The notes under the pieces: generated by a model
What the model saw: only the letters and a program-made list of their open reading frames with translations
What the model was told of the DNA's origin: nothing
Databases searched by the model: none
In this document: positions 8,188 to 17,566 of the stretch, in pieces
How the letters are laid out: each line of letters starts with the position of its first letter
Numbering within the stretch: position 1 is the first letter of the stretch
Translations under genes and position numbers: made by a program
NCBI GenBank assembly: GCA_963674705.1
Contig: OY771506.1
Location: 1,440,001-1,504,000 of the forward strand
Source of the DNA: Phycisphaeraceae bacterium
GTDB lineage: Bacteria; Planctomycetota; Phycisphaerae; Phycisphaerales; Phycisphaeraceae
DNA: 64,000 nt
Direction of reading: 5' to 3'

Positions 8188-11022
8188 TTAGTCGAGCCCG
8201 AGCGCCTCGGCGTCACGGTCCGATAGTTGGCCGCCGTCGCTGCGCTGCTTGACGGTGCCGTCACGTTTCCAGGATCGTTCGCAGCGCGGCTCGTTGCGCA
8301 GGTCGTCGATTACGATCGTTTTTTCCTGGCCTTCGTGGACACGACTGATACCCAATAAATCAGCAGCATCGGTATGGTCTATATCAATCAACGAATGAGC
8401 AACATGTGTTTTGGGGATAGATATACCAAGATCTAGTGGATTGCTTACATCATGAGAAGATCGATAGCCTTCAATTTCACGAAGGACAATGTCTCTTACT
8501 TGCATGATGAGCCTCCAGTCGCATGCTCCTGCCGGGTCGTAAGCAATGCTACCGTAATCTTCAGCGAAGTCCTCTGGGAATTTATGTAAATGGATACATT
8601 CATTATCGCTTTTCCATAGAGATCTCCAGGCCTCATCTGCTGTATGTGGGAGCAAAGGCGCAAGTAATAGACAGAGGTCGTGGGTAATTTTGAACATTGC
8701 AGCTTGGCAGCGACGACGCCGTTTTGAATCCGGCTTATCGCAATAGAGACGATCCTTAACTGCAGTTAGGTAAGTGGCGCTCAATGTGTCATTGCAGAAA
8801 TTATAGAGAAGCTCGTGTGCTTTACGAAAATCAAAATTGTCATAATGCTTAGTAACCGAACAGCATAAGCTCCACAGTTCCTGAAGTATCCATCCCTCAA
8901 GTGTAGGTTTCTTATATTCAGGATCGCGTTTATAAGAACTTGGTGTGTAGTCATCGAGGTTACTTAAGAGGAAGCGGATGGTGTTTCGGACCTTGCGGTA
9001 CTCTTCGCCGGCCAGGCGGAAGTATTCGTTGTCGACCTTGATGTCGTTGTCGGTGTTCAGCGAACTGACCCACCATCGGCAGACATCTGCGCCGTAATCT
9101 TTTAACAGGTCATCGACCTCGAGCGTGTTGCCTAGGCTCTTGGACATCTTTTTGCCTTCGCGGTCGACCATGAAGCCATGGGTCAGCACGTTCTTGAACG
9201 GCGCTTTGCCGGTGACACCGAGGCTTGGTAGCAACGATAGCTGGAACCAGCCGCGGTGCTGGTCGGAGCCTTCGAGGTAGAGGTCGACGGGGTGCCAGTC
9301 GTTGCCGAAGCGTTGACGGATGACCGCGTTCCATGATGAGCCAGACTCGAACCAGACATCGAAGATGTCTTTGCTAGGCTTGAGGCTTGAGAGTTGAGGC
9401 TTGAGGTTTTTGAGCCAGGCGGGGGCGTCGGGATCGGCTTCGGGGTTGTAGTGTTGCAGCAATTCTTCGGGGGAAGCGAGGAACCATGCATCGCTGCCTT
9501 TTTCACGGAACAATTGTGCGACCGCGCGGACGCTCGCGGCGGTGAGCAGCGGTTCGCCTTCGACACCCTCTGGAGGATAGAACGCGGGGATCGGTAATCC
9601 CCATGCACGTTGTCTACTTAAGCACCAGTCCGGGCGCGAATCAAGCATGCCGCGCATGCGGTTTTTGCCCCACTCGGGGAAGAACTTGACATCGGTGGCG
9701 GTGACGTCGAGTGCGCGTTCACGCATGGATCCGTCACCGGAAACGCCATCAACTTCAAACGATTTGTTGACATCGACGAACCACTGTTCGGTTGCGCGGA
9801 AGATGACGGGGCTCTTGCCGCGCCAGTCGTGCGGGTAGCTGTGCATGAACTGTTCGGCGTGGAACAGGTGGCCGGACGCTTTGAGTTTTTCAACGACCAG
9901 GTCGTTGGCCTTCCAGACGCTGACGCCTTGCAGCCAGTCGGGCGCGGTATCGTCGAACGTGCCATCATCCTTGACGGGGCAGTAGATGTCGAGGCCTTCA
10001 CGTAAGCCTGTCTGGTAGTCTTCGACGCCGTGGCCCGGCGCGGTGTGGACGAGGCCCGTGCCGTCTTCGAGCGTGACGTAGTCGGCAGCGACGACTTTGC
10101 GTGTTCGCCCGTCATCTAAGAACGGGTGTTTGTATTCCATGCCGACGAGGTCGCTGCCCTTGTAGGTTTTGCTCGGCGCTGCGTCGGTCTTGAGGACTTT
10201 GTTGGCGAGTTCTACAGCGAGGATGACTTTTTGGCCGTCGACATCGTATTCGCCGTAGTCGTAACGTTCGTGGACAGCGACAGCGAGGTTGGCGGGCAGT
10301 GTCCAGGGCGTGGTGGTCCAGATCATCAAAACGGGGCCTGACCCCGTTTCCGGGTCGAACTTCACGAACACGCTCGTATCTTCACGGTCGTAGTATTCGA
10401 GCTCGGCTTCGGCCAGCGCGGTCTGGTTTTCGATGGACCAGTGCACGGGCTTGAGGCCGCGGTAGACGATGCCGCGAGCGACGAGGTCGGCGAAGACTTC
10501 GAGGACGGCCCCTTCGTAGCGCGGGTTCATCGTCAGGTACGGATCGGTGTACTCTGCGACGGTAAGCAGGCGCTGCATCTGACCCGACTGGAGCTTGACG
10601 AATTTTTCCGCATACGTCTTGCACTTTCTGCGGACCTGGATCGGCTCCATCTCGCGCGCTTTATCACCCAGCTCCTGCATGACCTTATGCTCGATGGGCA
10701 GGCCGTGGCAGTCCCAGCCGGGGACGTAGGGGACGTCGAAGCCGGCCATGGTCTTGGTGCGGACGACGAAGTCCTTGAGGACTTTGTTGAGCAGATGCCC
10801 GAGGTGGATGGACCCGTTGGCGTAGGGCGGGCCGTCGTGGAAGACATATTTTTCGCGGTCTTTGCCCTGCTCGCGGAGCTTCGTGTAGAGCCCGAGCTTA
10901 TCCCAGCGCTTCATGCTGGCCGGCTCGTTCTGGACGAGGTTGGCCTTCATGGGGAAGGCGGTCTTGGGCAGGTTCAGTGTCTTCTTGTAAGTCTTTTTGT
11001 CAGCTTGTTGTGCGTCGCTCAT
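8188..11022 (-). CDS. ileS: Isoleucine--tRNA ligase
   Basis: Motifs HDGPPYANG.IHLGH, GWDCHGLP, WTTTPWTLPAN, GTGLVH, EGSDQHRGWF and KMSKS. Confidence 0.98.
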   Translation of the reverse strand: MSDAQQADKKTYKKTLNLPKTAFPMKANLVQNEPASMKRWDKLGLYTKLREQGKDREKYVFHDGPPYANGSIHLGHLLNKVLKDFVVRTKTMAGFDVPYVPGWDCHGLPIEHKVMQELGDKAREMEPIQVRRKCKTYAEKFVKLQSGQMQRLLTVAEYTDPYLTMNPRYEGAVLEVFADLVARGIVYRGLKPVHWSIENQTALAEAELEYYDREDTSVFVKFDPETGSGPVLMIWTTTPWTLPANLAVAVHERYDYGEYDVDGQKVILAVELANKVLKTDAAPSKTYKGSDLVGMEYKHPFLDDGRTRKVVAADYVTLEDGTGLVHTAPGHGVEDYQTGLREGLDIYCPVKDDGTFDDTAPDWLQGVSVWKANDLVVEKLKASGHLFHAEQFMHSYPHDWRGKSPVIFRATEQWFVDVNKSFEVDGVSGDGSMRERALDVTATDVKFFPEWGKNRMRGMLDSRPDWCLSRQRAWGLPIPAFYPPEGVEGEPLLTAASVRAVAQLFREKGSDAWFLASPEELLQHYNPEADPDAPAWLKNLKPQLSSLKPSKDIFDVWFESGSSWNAVIRQRFGNDWHPVDLYLEGSDQHRGWFQLSLLPSLGVTGKAPFKNVLTHGFMVDREGKKMSKSLGNTLEVDDLLKDYGADVCRWWVSSLNTDNDIKVDNEYFRLAGEEYRKVRNTIRFLLSNLDDYTPSSYKRDPEYKKPTLEGWILQELWSLCCSVTKHYDNFDFRKAHELLYNFCNDTLSATYLTAVKDRLYCDKPDSKRRRRCQAAMFKITHDLCLLLAPLLPHTADEAWRSLWKSDNECIHLHKFPEDFAEDYGSIAYDPAGACDWRLIMQVRDIVLREIEGYRSSHDVSNPLDLGISIPKTHVAHSLIDIDHTDAADLLGISRVHEGQEKTIVIDDLRNEPRCERSWKRDGTVKQRSDGGQLSDRDAEALGLD

Positions 11023-11041
11023 GGCTGGTTCTCTGGGTAAT

Positions 11042-11068
11042 AAAAAAGCCCTGCTTGTGGGCAGGGCT
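11042..11068 (-). terminator. Intrinsic terminator in the ileS leader (attenuator)
   Basis: Minus strand AGCCCTGC-CCACAA-GCAGGGCT-TTTTT, about 20 nt before the ileS start. Confidence 0.85.
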
Positions 11069-11111
11069 CTTGGGAATTCCGGGGTTCCGGGGGGTGTGTG
11101 GATCGCCTGCC

Positions 11112-11174
11112 CTACCGTTTTACGGGAGAGTCGATAATTATCTCGGCGATGCTAATAAGCAATTCGGCGCTCAT
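11112..11174 (-). CDS. Ile-rich leader peptide MSAELLISIAEIIIDSPVKR
   Basis: 20 codons with 5 Ile, including consecutive ATA ATT ATC. TATAAT at 11190-11185. An antiterminator arm overlaps the stop codon. Confidence 0.8.
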   Translation of the reverse strand: MSAELLISIAEIIIDSPVKR

Positions 11175-11267
11175 TTCGTGGGGCATTATAGGGAGAGGAT
11201 CGGGTGTTGGGAAGTGAGGGTTTAGGCCCCTGGAAGTATTGTTCTAAATGGTGCAGTAGCACACGGG

Positions 11268-11298
11268 AGCCCACGTTCGTCGAACGTGGGCTTCGGGG
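11268..11298. repeat. Dispersed hairpin family C (AGCCCACGTT..AACGTGGGCTTCGG), copy 1
   Basis: Copies at 50249-50279 and 51187-51219. Confidence 0.8.
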
Positions 11299-12123
11299 TC
11301 AGGGGGTAGAGTCCTCACCATGAAGCCAATGGGGACCATTGAGCCAACCATTTTGAGCTTGCTCCAGGATGCTGCGGTAATAGTTGTTCAGGGTACTGGT
11401 GGTGTAGTCGTATTGATTGTGGTTCTGCACCGGGTAATCTGCGACGGCGGCGGCGAGGAATTGATCGGGATGGCAGTATCCCGTGTGATCCGATGAGCGG
11501 TGCGATTCGATCAGGTCTGGGTCGGACATCAATTGCCATGTGGTTGCAGGCGAGCCGTCGGGTGTTTGGTAGATGATTGATGCGATTGGGTCGACGGCCC
11601 CCCACTGCCCATTACGCCATGCTTCGATAATTGCGTGAGCGCTGTAGGCTTGCTTGAGGTTTGCCAGGTAGATTAGGCGGGCGGGTAAGCCTGCGACCTG
11701 ACATAACACACAGGCGACGCGTGCGATGTCGGTGCACCAATCGGTTCCGCGTTCGATGATCTGTTCTTCTGTTCCGCCGAATCGCATCGCATCTAGAGAA
11801 TCCTGCGAGTTTTGGATCACGGTTTGACAGAAGTTCACGATCCCGGCGATGTGTTGCTCCGGGTCTTGTGATGCGGTGCGTATCGAAGAGATATATGTCT
11901 CCAGTGTCGTGCGGGAGCCTGTTACATATGCTGAAGTCGAGGATATGGGAGTTTGATAAAACAGGTGTGCGGTTTGATCGCAGACGCGCACCATGTTTTC
12001 GGTGAGTACACGATCGACCGAGCCGGGGGCGTGGGTGTCCTGCTCCAACATGTGGCGGTACGCGGGGCCGAATTGATTGATCCCACGGTACGCTACGAAG
12101 CGGTCTTCATTGAACGCGGTCAC
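11299..12123 (-). CDS. Transglutaminase-like domain protein
   Basis: Cys-His-Asp-like motifs WCTDIAR..GLPAR, HAIIEAW and WGAVDP. Confidence 0.8.
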   Translation of the reverse strand: MTAFNEDRFVAYRGINQFGPAYRHMLEQDTHAPGSVDRVLTENMVRVCDQTAHLFYQTPISSTSAYVTGSRTTLETYISSIRTASQDPEQHIAGIVNFCQTVIQNSQDSLDAMRFGGTEEQIIERGTDWCTDIARVACVLCQVAGLPARLIYLANLKQAYSAHAIIEAWRNGQWGAVDPIASIIYQTPDGSPATTWQLMSDPDLIESHRSSDHTGYCHPDQFLAAAVADYPVQNHNQYDYTTSTLNNYYRSILEQAQNGWLNGPHWLHGEDSTP

Positions 12124-12638
12124 AGCAGGTCCTTCAAAGGTCTGCTGATCTGGTCGAACGCTTTAGCGGGGAGGTTGACGGTGTCCCACTTGGTGCTGCG
12201 GTGTTTCATGTGCTGGGTGTAGTCTTCTAATCGTACGGCGAGCACGGCGTACCAGCGCTGGTTGTATTCGAAGACTTCGTGGAACAGGGCGTCGGGCGGC
12301 TGGGCATCGCACCAGAAGAGGAAAGCGAACGTGGGGTCGAACCCGTCACCGAAGATGCCCTTCCATTTTTTCAGGCACTTGACATCATCGTTGGTGACCC
12401 AGTTCTGAAAAGACTTGCCGGTCTTGCCTGAATGTTTACGGCCCTTGACGTCGACGAGCAGGTTGTTGGCCGCTTCGGAGTAGACAACGAAGTCGAAGCT
12501 TTTGAGTTTGGCTTTGGTGCCGGTGAGCGATCCGGGCGCGAGGGCGCGTTTGGCTTCGTCGACGGCGACGTAAGGGATGGCGTTAGCACGCAGGTAGTGC
12601 TCGAACGCACGGTCGTAGTGGAACCGGCGGTTAGCCAT
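12120..12638 (-). CDS. HYExAFE family protein (PD-(D/E)xK-like)
   Basis: N-terminal HYDRAFEHYLR and SFDFVV..LLVDVKGR. Confidence 0.8.
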   Translation of the reverse strand: MANRRFHYDRAFEHYLRANAIPYVAVDEAKRALAPGSLTGTKAKLKSFDFVVYSEAANNLLVDVKGRKHSGKTGKSFQNWVTNDDVKCLKKWKGIFGDGFDPTFAFLFWCDAQPPDALFHEVFEYNQRWYAVLAVRLEDYTQHMKHRSTKWDTVNLPAKAFDQISRPLKDLL

Positions 12639-12666
12639 GGTGGTATTGTAAGGGATTGGGGGAGGG

Positions 12667-12696
12667 ACCCGCGGCAGCTTCGCAGCCTACGGCTTG
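12667..12696 (+). repeat. Repeat family B, copy 2
   Basis: ACCCGCGGCAGCTTCGCAGCCTACGGCTTG. Confidence 0.85.
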
Positions 12697-12783
12697 AAGA
12701 AACGGGAGGTAATTACTCCGTATATCTATCCAAGCTGCAGGCTGCGCCAGTTGCAGCGGGTTTATTTTATTTATGTAGTCTTA

Positions 12784-13347
12784 TCAATGTTGTCTGCGCA
12801 GCAGAGCGGGGATGGCGAGGCCAAACAGTGCAAGGCTGGCGGGTTCGGGGGTGATGACGCCTTCAAGCATCTCGCCGGCGGAAATGATTTTCCATGTGCC
12901 CATGGCGTCGTTGCTGACGGTGACCTGGGCGATCTGGATGTGGCCGTTGTAACCGGTGCTTGTGATGAACCATGAGACACTGATCTGTGGGCCTTCCAGG
13001 CTCTGCGGTCCGCCACCGAGATCGCCTGCGCCACCTGCGACGCTCGCACCCTCTGGCCCGATCCAGGTGTCATACAATTCCTCAGGCGGAGGCGGGAATA
13101 TGGCTAGCGGTTCAAAAACAAACCTGTTATCCGGGTATGGGTAGTTATACACATCACCCTGTGAGAGATCGACGACCATGCCGGCACTGGTCCAGTCTAC
13201 TGTGCCGCCGCCGTCCCAGAAGAACTGGTAAACCTTCCAGCCGGGGAAGTCGACGGGCTGGAACATGTCGACGCTGAGGCTGGCTTGCGTGGTGGCCGAT
13301 GTGAGTGTGACAGCAAGTAGCGTAGCGATTGTTTTACAGATGTTCAT
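12784..13347 (-). CDS. PEP-CTERM protein, single domain
   Basis: Signal peptide (TTQA-S), C-terminal TPEPASLALFGLAIPALLRRQH, GGAG SD. Confidence 0.85.
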   Translation of the reverse strand: MNICKTIATLLAVTLTSATTQASLSVDMFQPVDFPGWKVYQFFWDGGGTVDWTSAGMVVDLSQGDVYNYPYPDNRFVFEPLAIFPPPPEELYDTWIGPEGASVAGGAGDLGGGPQSLEGPQISVSWFITSTGYNGHIQIAQVTVSNDAMGTWKIISAGEMLEGVITPEPASLALFGLAIPALLRRQH

Positions 13348-13382
13348 GATGAATACTCCACGTTGAGAGATTATTTGTTTGG

Positions 13383-13937
13383 TTAACGACGGCGCAGCAT
13401 CGCGGGTACGGCTAAGCTGAACAGTGCAAGGGTTGCGGGTTCGGGGATGATGCCTTCGTAGATGACGCCGGCGGATTGGATCCGCCATGTGCCGATGGCG
13501 TCGTTGGTGACGGTGAAGTTACCGATCTTGATGTAGCCGATGTCGTCGGTGCGGGTGTTGAACCAACTGACATTGATATGCTGGTCAGTGAAAAACGGCT
13601 CCCATACGCCGAGATCAGTTGCACTGCCCGGGAGGCCGCCTGTAATGTCACCAATGATGCCGACGTAGGTATCGAACTCGAGCGTCGGGAAGATCGAGAT
13701 GAGTGCCGGGTTTGGCGGGCCGTCGCCCCCAAAAGGGTCCTGGTAGAACGTGCCTTGTGAGAGGTCAACGAGCAGGCCGGCGCTGGTCCAGTCCTCTGCG
13801 CTGTTCCAGTAGATGCCGTAGGCGGTGTAGCCGGGGAGGACGGCCGGTTGTGTCGGCACGACTTCGATGCTGGCTTGTGTCGTGGTGATAAGTAGTGAGG
13901 AAAGTGCTACTGCGGAGAAAAGTTTGGCCGGACCCAT
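13383..13937 (-). CDS. PEP-CTERM protein, single domain
   Basis: Signal peptide, IPEPATLALFSLAVPAMLRRR, GGAGG SD. Confidence 0.9.
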   Translation of the reverse strand: MGPAKLFSAVALSSLLITTTQASIEVVPTQPAVLPGYTAYGIYWNSAEDWTSAGLLVDLSQGTFYQDPFGGDGPPNPALISIFPTLEFDTYVGIIGDITGGLPGSATDLGVWEPFFTDQHINVSWFNTRTDDIGYIKIGNFTVTNDAIGTWRIQSAGVIYEGIIPEPATLALFSLAVPAMLRRR

Positions 13938-14138
13938 CTCGTGCCTCCTTTGCGATGTGAGTTGTGCGGTCCCAGAGCGGGCGTGCGAGGCCCTATATCA
14001 GGATACATAAAGGCTTTGAGAAAAGATAGGATGATTTGCGCGGAATTATTGAAAATGAGGGGGATGGGTGAAAGCGTAATCGTTTTTTATAAAGTGCACG
14101 GCCGGTGAACCGGCCTCGCCTGTGGGTGGATATAAAGA

Positions 14139-14171
14139 AATACCCTGCCATTGTGGGGATGGCAGGGTATT
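14139..14171 (-). terminator. Intrinsic terminator
   Basis: 13-bp stem AATACCCTGCCAT/ATGGCAGGGTATT followed by T-rich sequence on the minus strand. Confidence 0.7.
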
Positions 14172-14203
14172 GCAGGTGATTGAAGATTGAAGTTACAGAT
14201 TGA

Positions 14204-15352
14204 TCAGGTGCGGCGCTTGAACAGCAGTGCCGGGCCCGCGAGTGTGATCAACGCGAGGCTCGCGGGTTCGGGGGCGAGGACGACGCCATTAACTATATCA
14301 ACGCTCCATGACCGGCCTGCAGACGATAATGCGATTTTGCCGTTTGCGTCCTCGCTGAGCGTCAACATACCGATACGGACTATGCCTTTGTCGCTCGAAT
14401 CGGTATTGATCCATCCGACGCTGATATGCGGCGTCTCGAAGCTGAATGAACCACCCCCCAGTTCGTTTGCATTCGCTTCGATACCACCGGTACTGTCGTC
14501 TATCACACCTACATACGTGTCAAACTCCAGATCAGGATAGCTCTCGAACAGGAAGGATCTCGGAGCCGAATCAAATCCAAACGAATGATTGAAAAAATCA
14601 CCACTGGTTAAATCGACTCGCATTGTGGTTGAAGACCAATCCTGTATTCCATTGCCATTCCAGATAATTTCATTTGCCACATGCCCATCGGGCACATGTT
14701 CCGAAGAGACTATTCGTGTGGTTACCCCAATTTCATCTTTTGCGGGTGGCTCGGGTAACTGTGGGAATGGGCCCGGTTTCACATAGTCTGGCAGGACTGT
14801 AGGGGACGCTGATACACTGGCGAAAGCATCTAGGATCTGGCCGTTACTGATCGTAAAGTCCATGTAGACGCCCCTGGAATACATTCTTCCCGTGCCAACG
14901 GCATCGTCACTGAGAGTGATCATGCCGATACGTGTGAGTCCGGTGTTCGTGTAGTCGTAATTAAACCAGGACACGCTCAACTGAGGGGCGTTCATACTGA
15001 AGGAACCGCCACCGACGTCACCAGCACCCCCAATGATGGCAGCTGTGGCATCGCCTGTAATCCCGACGTGAGTGTCAAATTCTACCGTGGGGAACAGGTC
15101 AATCACGGGTTGGATATTTGGACCGTCGCTTCCGTACGGGTCCTGATAGAACGAGCCGACGGACAGATCTATACGCAGAGCAGCGCTAGGCCAATCCACG
15201 GTCCCGCCGCCATCCCAAATGATTTCGTTAGCGACGTAACCGGTGGGGACATTCGGGTCGGTGATGCCGTGAAGGCCGAACACCGCGGCATTTGCATTGG
15301 TGGCGACCGTAAAAACAGCGGCGACGGTCACCAACATGTTGACTATTTTCAT
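14204..15352 (-). CDS. PEP-CTERM protein with two tandem copies of the shared domain
   Basis: Signal peptide, internal repeat (VP.G.VANEIIW twice), Pro-rich linker, APEPASLAL..KRRT. Confidence 0.9.
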   Translation of the reverse strand: MKIVNMLVTVAAVFTVATNANAAVFGLHGITDPNVPTGYVANEIIWDGGGTVDWPSAALRIDLSVGSFYQDPYGSDGPNIQPVIDLFPTVEFDTHVGITGDATAAIIGGAGDVGGGSFSMNAPQLSVSWFNYDYTNTGLTRIGMITLSDDAVGTGRMYSRGVYMDFTISNGQILDAFASVSASPTVLPDYVKPGPFPQLPEPPAKDEIGVTTRIVSSEHVPDGHVANEIIWNGNGIQDWSSTTMRVDLTSGDFFNHSFGFDSAPRSFLFESYPDLEFDTYVGVIDDSTGGIEANANELGGGSFSFETPHISVGWINTDSSDKGIVRIGMLTLSEDANGKIALSSAGRSWSVDIVNGVVLAPEPASLALITLAGPALLFKRRT

Positions 15353-15449
15353 CTTTCTCTCCCTGTGAATTGGTTCCTTGGGAACCGCAAGTAATCAGGT
15401 TATTTCAAACACGGGCATGTGTGTCGTTACTGAACCGATGTTGTTCAGG

Positions 15450-16598
15450 TCAGCGACGTCGATTTAACAGCAGTGCCGGGCCGGTCAGTCCGAACAGCGC
15501 CAGGGCCGCGGGTTCGGGCATGACAATGACGCCGTTGACGATGGTGGTGCTCCATGAGGTACCCTGATAGTCGAAGGCGATCACACCGTTGGCATCTTCG
15601 CTGAATGTGAGCATGCCGATGCGTACGGTGCCGTCGTATTCATTACCCGAGGTGAACCAACCCGCGCTGACATGTGGTGCCTCCAGGCTGATGGAACCGC
15701 CATTCAGATATTCCGAGTCAGCGATCGCGCTGTTGCTGTCATTGATGACACCTAAGTAAGTATCGAATTCCAATCCCGGGAAGTTGTCGATCAATAGCGA
15801 ATTCGGCGGTGTATCAAAACCGAATTCGTGGTTGTAGACATCGCCGCTGGTCAGATCGACGCGCACGGTCGAGGAGTGCCAGGCTTCCCGGTTGTGGCCG
15901 TTCCAAATGACTTCATTGGCGACATAGCCTTCGGGGACGTCGGGTGAAGAAACAACATTGGTGCTGATGCCGACTTCGGATGGCGCCGGCGGGCCGGGCA
16001 GGACGGGGAACGGTCCGGGTTCGCGGTATTCCGGTGGGTCTACAATCCAACCACTGACGTTGGCAAACGTATCGGCAATGGCTCCGTTCGTGATAGAAAA
16101 TGTGAGTGTCGTCCCGCCGGGCGCCATTAAGGAGCCGGTGCCGGTTGCATCATCACTCATCGTGATCATGCCGATGCGGATATTCCCTGTGTTTGTATGA
16201 TTCGTGTTACCCCAGGTGACGCTCAATTGGGGCGCATCCATGCTAAGCGGGCCGCCCCCCAGGTCGCCGGCTCCGCCGGGGATGTACACGGTACTGTCTC
16301 CCTGGATGCCGACATGCGTATCAAATTCAACCTCCGGAAACAGATCAATTACTACCTGCGGGACGGTGTCATTCCCCCCGTAAGGATGCTGATAGAAGCT
16401 GCCGACCGACAGATCAATGCGTAGCGCATTGCCGGACCAGTCCTCGACACCGCCACCATCCCAGAAGATTTCATTAGCGACGTAGCCTTCGGGGACGTTG
16501 GGATCGGAGATGCTGTGGATACCGAGTACCGCGGCGCTCGCGCTGTTGGCGCAGGTAAACGCGGCGGCGCAAATCATAAGCGTGCTGGCTTTGAACAT
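15450..16598 (-). CDS. PEP-CTERM protein with two tandem copies of the shared domain
   Basis: Paralog of 14204-15352, same length (382 aa), MPEPAALAL..NRRR. Confidence 0.9.
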   Translation of the reverse strand: MFKASTLMICAAAFTCANSASAAVLGIHSISDPNVPEGYVANEIFWDGGGVEDWSGNALRIDLSVGSFYQHPYGGNDTVPQVVIDLFPEVEFDTHVGIQGDSTVYIPGGAGDLGGGPLSMDAPQLSVTWGNTNHTNTGNIRIGMITMSDDATGTGSLMAPGGTTLTFSITNGAIADTFANVSGWIVDPPEYREPGPFPVLPGPPAPSEVGISTNVVSSPDVPEGYVANEVIWNGHNREAWHSSTVRVDLTSGDVYNHEFGFDTPPNSLLIDNFPGLEFDTYLGVINDSNSAIADSEYLNGGSISLEAPHVSAGWFTSGNEYDGTVRIGMLTFSEDANGVIAFDYQGTSWSTTIVNGVIVMPEPAALALFGLTGPALLLNRRR

Positions 16599-16734
16599 TT
16601 TTTCTCTCCTCCTGAAGTGTTTCCTCGGAAAACCGGAACAACGGTCACATCATAAACAGATTGGCCGGTTTTGTTAAGCGCGAAGTGTTAAGAAGTCATA
16701 TATTTTGGGTGATGTCATGTGCGGGCGGGAGGAA

Positions 16735-17493
16735 TCAGCCGTTTACGTTCTGTCCCCACGCCCAATCATTGGGGCCGTTTGGGCTGTCGTATGGCCAGAA
16801 GTTTTCCAATTCTTTGCGCAGGGTCAACAGATCATCATCCACTTCGATGTCATCTGCGGGCCAGAGTTGTTTACAGATATCGCACGCCGCCTGGATTTTT
16901 GGCAGCCCAGCGCAGCGCTCGATCCATTGCTTTAAAGTCTCGGGCCAGAAGTAGCCGTCGCCGAAGATGTCCATCGCGATAAAGCCGACGCTGTAATGCG
17001 TGTCCCAGTCGAAGTCGGACAGAAGGATCGGCCTGACCGAAAGGGAGAGGTGAAACGGTGTGAATGTATTGGGATTTTCTTCACTCTCGGGTGCGATGAG
17101 TAGCGTTTCCACTTCCTCATCCAGCGTCCAGAACATGATGTCGGCGCGTTGGATGGATTGGTTACCGCCTTTGAATTGATTAAATAGGTCGTCGAACGAA
17201 TCCGCGTCGATGTCAACATCGTGATCGTGATTAATAACCCGACTGATCGTGGCGTATGGTTTATTGAAGCTCAACAGCCTTTTCCACCAAGGCGGCGAAA
17301 CGATTTGCATATCATCATCTGTTTTGTGACGCCGGTCGATGCGTTTGCCGTAGTCGACTTCAAAGGTGATCTCGCTTGATGGGTCGACGATGCCGGTGTC
17401 CTTGATGCGCTTAACCCAATCAAGAAGCTGATCGCCCGTTACGACGGGTGGCGGTCCCATTCGATAAAAACGAGCTTCAGACTGGGTGCTCAT
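16735..17493 (-). CDS. Hypothetical protein
   Basis: 252-aa ORF co-oriented downstream of hisS, no recognised motif. Confidence 0.65.
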   Translation of the reverse strand: MSTQSEARFYRMGPPPVVTGDQLLDWVKRIKDTGIVDPSSEITFEVDYGKRIDRRHKTDDDMQIVSPPWWKRLLSFNKPYATISRVINHDHDVDIDADSFDDLFNQFKGGNQSIQRADIMFWTLDEEVETLLIAPESEENPNTFTPFHLSLSVRPILLSDFDWDTHYSVGFIAMDIFGDGYFWPETLKQWIERCAGLPKIQAACDICKQLWPADDIEVDDDLLTLRKELENFWPYDSPNGPNDWAWGQNVNG

Positions 17494-17566
17494 AATGATA
17501 TATCCACCGTTAGATTTTTCGGATGCAAGCCAACGGGTTTATACCGGATTCAAACCTGTACGTCAC

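Noticed and set aside
11023..11190. T-box riboswitch upstream of ileS
   Set aside because: There is no TGGNACC T-box motif or Stem I. A leader-peptide attenuator explains the region better.
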